This document shows positions 27,383 through 32,000 of a stretch of 32,000 nt of DNA, one piece after another. A program made the position numbers and the translations under genes. Below the pieces are notes generated by a model. That model worked only from the letters and a program-made list of their open reading frames with translations. It was not told the origin of the DNA and searched no databases. Numbering within the stretch: the first letter of the stretch is position 1; every line of letters starts with the position of its first letter. Source of the stretch: Crocosphaera subtropica ATCC 51142 (GTDB taxonomy: Bacteria > Cyanobacteriota > Cyanobacteriia > Cyanobacteriales > Microcystaceae); contig NC_010546.1 in NCBI RefSeq assembly GCF_000017845.1, forward strand, positions 2,550,001-2,582,000, read 5' to 3'.

Positions 27383-27780
27383 TGGTCATCTCATTTTTAT
27401 CCTAACTTTTAATCATGACAAAAAGATGGTGAATTGTAGAGAAAATAAGCGATAAAATAATCAACTAATCCCTAATCCCCATTTGAACATCATAGGAATT
27501 CTTAAAAGTGATTAGAGACTTAAGTTGTCATTGCGAGGGTGAAAATCAACATTAATCCTTGATTCTCACTGAAAATCTGCCTAACAACCACAGAAATAAT
27601 ACCAAAGATTACTTCATTAAACGTGAGTTCGGTGTTAGGAGTTCGGAGTGCGACTACGTCGTGCTACGCAACGGAGTTAGAATTTTTTTAACGAGGAAAT
27701 CAGAGTTTGAGACTTCTTGTTGGTTGTCAGTTTTCCATAGATTCTCTTCCGTCGAACTCAGGTTCATTAAAAATATCTTT

Positions 27781-28395
27781 CTAAGAAGCCAAGTTTTTAA
27801 CAAAAACACTTAACATCACTCGTCCTAATAAAAAATAATGGCCTTGAGTTGTTAAACCGGCATTTTCGGCAAGTTCTTCTCGTTTTTCACGAGAATAGAA
27901 GTTAATTCCTCCAGGAGAAAAGGGAACAGAATCCAGGGAGTAAAGTCGAATATAATCTACTAAATAAAATTTTCCTTGAGGTTTTAAAACACGACTGACT
28001 TCTGTAAAAACTTCTTGTGGGTTGGGATAATGTAGAAAACTAATCGTATTAAATACTGCATCAAATTGATTAGCCGCACAAGGAAGACACTCTGCATTCC
28101 CTTGGGTAAAAATAAGACGGGGATGATGTTGATTATTTTCCCTCGCTTGTTTTAACATTTGTGGCGATAAATCTACGCCTATTCCTTGTAAATCAGGAAA
28201 AGTTCGGGCTAAACGATTTAATAAACGACCAGTTCCACAGCCTAAATCTAATACATAAGAAGGATGGGGTAAAGTTACATAAGATAACAACCTTTTGTGT
28301 AAAGATTGATAGAAAACGGTGGTAAAAATGAGGTCGTAGTTAGGGGCCCACCTATCAAAAAAAGAGGCTTTTTTCTCAAAAATTTGTTCACTCAT
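27781..28395 (-). CDS. Class I SAM-dependent methyltransferase (UbiE/Methyltransf_11-like)
   Basis: A 204-aa protein with FDRWAPNYD, SAM motif I VLDLGCGTGRL, GVDLSPQML, FDAVFNTISFLHYPNP and LKPQGKFYLVD. It starts 8 nt after the stop of the upstream TerD gene. Confidence 0.88.
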   Translation of the reverse strand: MSEQIFEKKASFFDRWAPNYDLIFTTVFYQSLHKRLLSYVTLPHPSYVLDLGCGTGRLLNRLARTFPDLQGIGVDLSPQMLKQARENNQHHPRLIFTQGNAECLPCAANQFDAVFNTISFLHYPNPQEVFTEVSRVLKPQGKFYLVDYIRLYSLDSVPFSPGGINFYSREKREELAENAGLTTQGHYFLLGRVMLSVFVKNLAS

Positions 28396-28403
28396 GGCCT
28401 TAT

Positions 28404-28997
28404 TTAATAATACTCATTAGTCATTTCTTGTAATCCATTAGCCATCACACCTGTTCCTACTGCTTGCATTTTCCATTCCCCATCATCACGGTAAACTTCT
28501 GCTAAAATCATCCCCGTTTTTCCTTCATATTCTTCTCCTAAAAGACTATAACGAGCAATCTCTTTATTATTACTGAGATTGACTAAGCGAACAAAGGCGT
28601 TTTTAACCTGTCCAAAGCTTTGTTGTCGTTGTCTTGCTTTATAAATGTTAACAACAAAAACCAATCTGACAATATCATCAGGAACTTTAGTTAAATCCAC
28701 TAATATCTGTTCATCATCTCCCTGTCCTTCTCCTGTCAAATTATCCCCTAAATGGGTAATTGCTCCTGAACCATGATTTAAGTTTCCAAAGTAAATAACA
28801 TCAGATTTACTCTTTAGTTTACCTTTACTGGTTAAACATAAAACCGAGGCATCTAGATCAAAATCATTTCCTTTAAATAGGCCAAATAGTCCTTTTGACT
28901 CGGCCACATCCCACCCTAAACCACACATTACGTTAGTGAGTCCTGGGGCTTCTTTTTTGAGAGAAATTCGTTGTCCTTTTTTAAGATTAATGGCCAT
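28404..28997 (-). CDS. TerD-domain protein (paralog 1, the most divergent)
   Basis: A 197-aa protein with LKKGQRISL, GLGWD, the Ca-binding-type motif GDNLTGEGQGDDEQI, VFVVNIY, and FGQVKNAFVRLVN. Confidence 0.92.
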   Translation of the reverse strand: MAINLKKGQRISLKKEAPGLTNVMCGLGWDVAESKGLFGLFKGNDFDLDASVLCLTSKGKLKSKSDVIYFGNLNHGSGAITHLGDNLTGEGQGDDEQILVDLTKVPDDIVRLVFVVNIYKARQRQQSFGQVKNAFVRLVNLSNNKEIARYSLLGEEYEGKTGMILAEVYRDDGEWKMQAVGTGVMANGLQEMTNEYY

Positions 28998-29006
28998 AAC
29001 TTTCTC

Positions 29007-29585
29007 CTAGTTATAATAACGATTTAGGATAGCTTGTAAACCTCCTTCATATCCCGAACCCACAGCACTCATACGCCATTCACCGTCTTTATTGTAAATT
29101 TCTGTAATAATTAAGGCGGTTTCAATGGAATATTCTTCGGTTAAATCGTAGCGTAAGACTTCTTCTTTGGTTTGCACATCAACCAATCTCACAAAAGCAT
29201 TTTCTATCTGTCCGAAGTTTTGTTGTCTTTTATCTGCTTCGTGGATGGTGACAACAAAGACTAATTTTTTAACCTCATTAGGAATCTTAGTAAAGTTCAC
29301 TAATACTACCTCATCATCTCCTTCCCCTGCACCGGTTAAATTATCTCCCATATGTTCAACGGAATGCTCAGGATCAGGACTTTTTAAGTTATTGTAAAAG
29401 ATAAGATGATTATCAGAGATTAATTTTTCATTTTCGCCTAGTAAAAAGACAGAAACATCAAGATCGTAATCATTTCCAGTATCGACTTTTTTGATATCCC
29501 ATCCTAATCCAACAAACGCTGCTTTTAACCCAGGACTTGCTTTGTCTAAGGAAATTCTTTGACCTTTACTGAGTGAAATTCCCAT
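29007..29585 (-). CDS. TerD-domain protein (paralog 2)
   Basis: A 192-aa protein with LSKGQRISL, GLGWD, GDNLTGAGEGDDEVV, VFVVTIH and FGQIENAFVRLVD. It is nearly identical to paralog 3. Confidence 0.92.
   Translation of the reverse strand: MGISLSKGQRISLDKASPGLKAAFVGLGWDIKKVDTGNDYDLDVSVFLLGENEKLISDNHLIFYNNLKSPDPEHSVEHMGDNLTGAGEGDDEVVLVNFTKIPNEVKKLVFVVTIHEADKRQQNFGQIENAFVRLVDVQTKEEVLRYDLTEEYSIETALIITEIYNKDGEWRMSAVGSGYEGGLQAILNRYYN
29215..29435. repeat. 221-nt tract identical to 29835-30055 within the otherwise diverged TerD paralogs 2 and 3
   Basis: Base-by-base comparison at offset 620 shows no differences over 29215-29435, with mismatches at 29211, 29214 and 29436. The flanking coding sequence shows about 8 differences per 60 nt (for example 29041-29100 against 29661-29720). 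Confidence 0.9.
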
Positions 29586-29626
29586 AATAATTTTCTTGAT
29601 TTCTATTTAATTGTTTGGCAATTTTT

Positions 29627-30205
29627 CTAGTTAGAGTAACGGTTAAGAATGGCTTGTAAACCTCCTTCGTATCCCGAACCTACGGCAGTCATGCGCCATT
29701 CACCATCTTTGTTGTAGATTTCTGCGGTAATTAAGGCGGTTTCGATGGAATAGTCTTCGGTTAAATCATAACGCAAGACTTCTTCTTTGGTTTGTACATC
29801 AACTAATCTGACAAAGGCATTTTCGATTTGACCAAAGTTTTGTTGTCTTTTATCTGCTTCGTGGATGGTGACAACAAAGACTAATTTTTTAACCTCATTA
29901 GGAATCTTAGTAAAGTTCACTAATACTACCTCATCATCTCCTTCCCCTGCACCGGTTAAATTATCTCCCATATGTTCAACGGAATGCTCAGGATCAGGAC
30001 TTTTTAAGTTATTGTAAAAGATAAGATGATTATCAGAGATTAATTTTTCATTTTCTCCTAATAAGAAAACAGAACAATCGATATCAAAATCTTTTCCAGT
30101 ATCGACTTTTTTCACATCCCAACCTAATCCCACGAAGGCTGCTTTTAAACCAGGACTTGCTTTGTCTAAGGAAATTCTTTGACCTTTACTGAGAGAAATT
30201 GCCAT
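29627..30205 (-). CDS. TerD-domain protein (paralog 3)
   Basis: A 192-aa protein with the same motifs as paralog 2. It forms a tandem duplicate with a 620-nt period. Confidence 0.92.
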   Translation of the reverse strand: MAISLSKGQRISLDKASPGLKAAFVGLGWDVKKVDTGKDFDIDCSVFLLGENEKLISDNHLIFYNNLKSPDPEHSVEHMGDNLTGAGEGDDEVVLVNFTKIPNEVKKLVFVVTIHEADKRQQNFGQIENAFVRLVDVQTKEEVLRYDLTEDYSIETALITAEIYNKDGEWRMTAVGSGYEGGLQAILNRYSN

Positions 30206-30243
30206 AATAATTTAGTTGAATTCTAATGTTAGTTAAAGCTTCA

Positions 30244-30888
30244 CTAAGAGGAAGCATTGAGAACAGCTAAATACTCTATCGCAGCATCTAAGCGAGAAGG
30301 ATAACTATGGGAAAATTCTTCAAACCATAGTCCTTCGTCAGAGTATTCGTCTAAACTTTTTAACCATTGTTCAGCTTGACGAATCAATAATTTTTGCTGC
30401 CGCTGCTTTCTTTGTTCAGTATAGCGTATTTCTTCCTGATTTTGGTGAGTGATGGTTTCTTTTTGTTCTTCTTGTTTTTGTTGGAATTGTTGTTTAAATT
30501 GATGTAAATTTTCGTTAATTTCTGGTTTATTACGCCCTAAATTATGTTCTTGTGATTTCTCTTTTTGTTTTTGCTGAAGTTGTTGTTTGAACTGATGTAA
30601 ATTTTCATTAACTTCTGGTTGACGGCGATCTAAGTTGCGTTGTTGGAATTGCTGTTTAAAGTCATGTAAATTTTCGTTAATTTCTGGTTGATTTTGACTC
30701 ACTTTATATTCTTGAGATTTTTCCTTTTGTTGTTTTAAGTCAGACTTAAATTGCTCAAGTAGGTTATCCATTGAATTCGGTTGATGATTAGACTTGTCCA
30801 TCGATTGTCTCTTTTGATTACTTTTTTGATGTTTAATTTGGTTAATTAAGTCATCAATATTAGATTCTTCTTGAGGATTATTAATCAT
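30244..30888 (-). CDS. Q/K/E-rich protein with three internal repeats and a distinct C-terminal domain; first gene of the TerD operon
   Basis: A 214-aa protein. The repeat PE(I/V)NENLH(D/Q)FKQQ(F/L)QQ starts at residues 68, 91 and 122 (nt about 30475-30687). The C-terminal segment QAEQWLKSLDEYSDEGLWFEEFSHSYPSRLDAAIEYLAVL is not low-complexity. I recognise no family. Confidence 0.62.
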   Translation of the reverse strand: MINNPQEESNIDDLINQIKHQKSNQKRQSMDKSNHQPNSMDNLLEQFKSDLKQQKEKSQEYKVSQNQPEINENLHDFKQQFQQRNLDRRQPEVNENLHQFKQQLQQKQKEKSQEHNLGRNKPEINENLHQFKQQFQQKQEEQKETITHQNQEEIRYTEQRKQRQQKLLIRQAEQWLKSLDEYSDEGLWFEEFSHSYPSRLDAAIEYLAVLNASS

Positions 30889-31184
30889 TGTTTATTGAAG
30901 ACCTTTTATAATATAAAAATTACCATACTTGTGAGATACAAAAGTGATCTCGAAGAGATCCGCTTCGCGGTGCGCTTTGAGGCAGAGAGAGGTGTTAGGT
31001 TTACCTTATGAGTCCGAGAAACCCTATATAAATCCTATTATCATAATATCAACTAAACTTGTGAGTTATCAATGTCTGGAAAAAGAGGCGATCGCTGATC
31101 ATGGATCATGGTCAAACTTATAGTAATCTAACATTAAGGCTCATTACTTTCATTATAATTCCATGTTAAGTTTAAGGGTAATGG

Positions 31185-32000
31185 ATGTTAGAAAACGTTT
31201 CAAAGTATAAGTATATGTCTATGTCTTCTGGAAGTTTGCTAGTGGCTCAACCAAGATCCTTTTATAATATACAATCTTCTTCACCTCAATGGATCGAAGT
31301 TTTGCTCAATTCTCCCTGGGGACAAGAGTTATGTATTTATAGTATCCCATCTGATTTAATGGTACAACCTGGTGATATTGTGAGTGTACCTTTTGGAAAA
31401 CAAATTATTGGTGGAATTGCTATTAGATACGCTAATTCTATTCCTGAATCTCTCAATGATGATCAAGTCAAAGATATTGATGATGTAATTACGTCGGGAT
31501 TTTTTACCAAAAATTATTTTAAATTATTAGAGAAAGTCTCTCAATATTATTGTACAGACTTAATAACTGTTATTCAAGCTGCATTACCTCCTAACTTATT
31601 AAGTAAATCTCAACGGAGAATTAGACTAAAGAATGAAAATATCCCCCCTAATGCAGAATTCTTTTGCCGTCCTGCTGCTGCTCAAATTCTAAGTTTATTA
31701 AAAGCACAAAAAGATGGAAATTATAGTATTAAATATTTAAAGCGTAAAGTAAAAGGAGTTCGTCAGGGTATTCGAGAATTAAATCAACGAGGATGGATTG
31801 AAAGTTATCTAGAAACACCAAAAAATCCCCAAGTTAAGCAACAAAAATCTGTTACTTTAGTGGTTGATCAATTCCCTCCAAACCTAACACCAAGACAATT
31901 GGAAGTTTTACAAGTTTTACGTCATGAAGGAGGAGAATTATGGTTAACTGATTTATTAAACTTATGTCAAGCAAGTGCTTCGATTGTAGATGCGTTAGCA
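31185..32000 (+). CDS. priA: Primosomal protein N' (PriA replication-restart helicase), N-terminal 272 codons; continues past the window end
   Basis: My translation is open from ATG 31185 (alternative starts at 31215 and 31221) to base 32000. The segment ...WIEVLLNSPWGQELCIYSIPSDLMVQPGDIVSVPFGKQIIGGIAI... matches the PriA N-terminal 3'-DNA-binding domain pattern (V.V......L.Y..P.......G..V.VPFG.....G). It is absent from the track because no stop lies in the window. Confidence 0.82.
   Translation, partial: MLENVSKYKYMSMSSGSLLVAQPRSFYNIQSSSPQWIEVLLNSPWGQELCIYSIPSDLMVQPGDIVSVPFGKQIIGGIAIRYANSIPESLNDDQVKDIDDVITSGFFTKNYFKLLEKVSQYYCTDLITVIQAALPPNLLSKSQRRIRLKNENIPPNAEFFCRPAAAQILSLLKAQKDGNYSIKYLKRKVKGVRQGIRELNQRGWIESYLETPKNPQVKQQKSVTLVVDQFPPNLTPRQLEVLQVLRHEGGELWLTDLLNLCQASASIVDALA

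Noticed and set aside
27559-27813. Track ORF of 84 aa in the long intergenic region upstream of the AAA_35 gene.
   Set aside because: It uses a non-ATG start, overlaps the 3' end of the methyltransferase gene, and has no motifs. The region is better explained as regulatory or repeat-bearing non-coding DNA.
4191-29397. Short track ORFs embedded antisense or out of frame within strong genes: 4191..4421, 7086..7313, 7127..7318, 8145..8345, 8427..8621, 8525..8782, 8655..8876, 10967..11236, 11612..11803, 12440..12772, 13749..13931, 14332..14541, 15444..15632, 15517..15702, 16065..16256, 16136..16342, 16463..16693, 17078..17296, 18893..19096, 21572..21763, 22864..23052 and 29167..29397.
   Set aside because: Each overlaps a longer ORF with clear family motifs. 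Their products are low-complexity or have biased composition typical of antisense frames, and none has a start or RBS context I could support.
28404-30888. Regularly spaced near-identical blocks with a 620-nt period, plus 70-90-nt repeats, considered as a possible CRISPR-like or other non-coding array.
   Set aside because: The repeats fall entirely within open reading frames (tandem TerD paralogs and the internal protein repeats of 30244-30888). The periods are far too long and the spacers are homologous, so this is not a CRISPR array.
30902-31272. A 14-nt direct repeat CCTTTTATAATATA at 30902-30915 and 31259-31272, the latter inside priA.
   Set aside because: A single AT-rich 14-mer pair is within chance expectation for a 32-kb AT-rich window, and one copy is coding. 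It has no supporting structure.
1-32000. A scan for tRNA, rRNA, tmRNA, RNase P and group I/II intron signatures in the relatively GC-rich non-coding patches (9555-9606, 22730-22790, 27640-27680, 30940-31025).
   Set aside because: None shows cloverleaf arms, a T-loop GTTCRANNC, or other diagnostic motifs. No RNA gene is called without covariance-model support.

Overview
AT-rich cyanobacterial chromosomal DNA. It carries at least 13 perfect HIP1 octamers (GCGATCGC), and its gene content is typical of unicellular Cyanothece/Crocosphaera-like cyanobacteria: hpnH, a ycf20-like gene, apocarotenoid oxygenase, plant-type glycerate 3-kinase and an SmtA-type metallothionein. I support about 36 protein-coding genes or gene remnants, one degraded IS element, several hairpin terminators and a few short repeats. 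I saw no rRNA, tRNA or CRISPR array. Housekeeping genes: rsmA, hpnH, aldo/keto reductase, carotenoid oxygenase, glycerate kinase, ROK glucokinase, priA and radC. Stress genes are frequent: CsbD, metallothionein, Dps, two glycine-zipper GSP17M-like proteins and three TerD paralogs. There is also a two-component cluster with two sensor-less REC-histidine kinase hybrids, a LuxR-type regulator and a CheY-like protein. The best candidate for an undescribed system is the minus-strand island 26001-30888, between the ROK kinase and priA. It holds a Q/K/E-rich repeat protein, three TerD-domain proteins and a SAM methyltransferase in one tight operon, followed by an HTH-AAA_35 (STAND-like) NTPase, with none of the other classical ter genes. 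Other points of interest: (1) a mosaic radC locus, where a 156-nt copy of the radC 3' end diverged almost only at synonymous sites and brackets an orphan MnhD-like transporter gene, next to a truncated tyrosine recombinase and a 57-aa metallothionein missing from the ORF track; (2) an IS transposase broken by a 52-nt GC-rich hairpin insertion; (3) a 221-nt gene-conversion tract between two TerD paralogs. All functional calls come from motif recognition by eye, and no database search was run.
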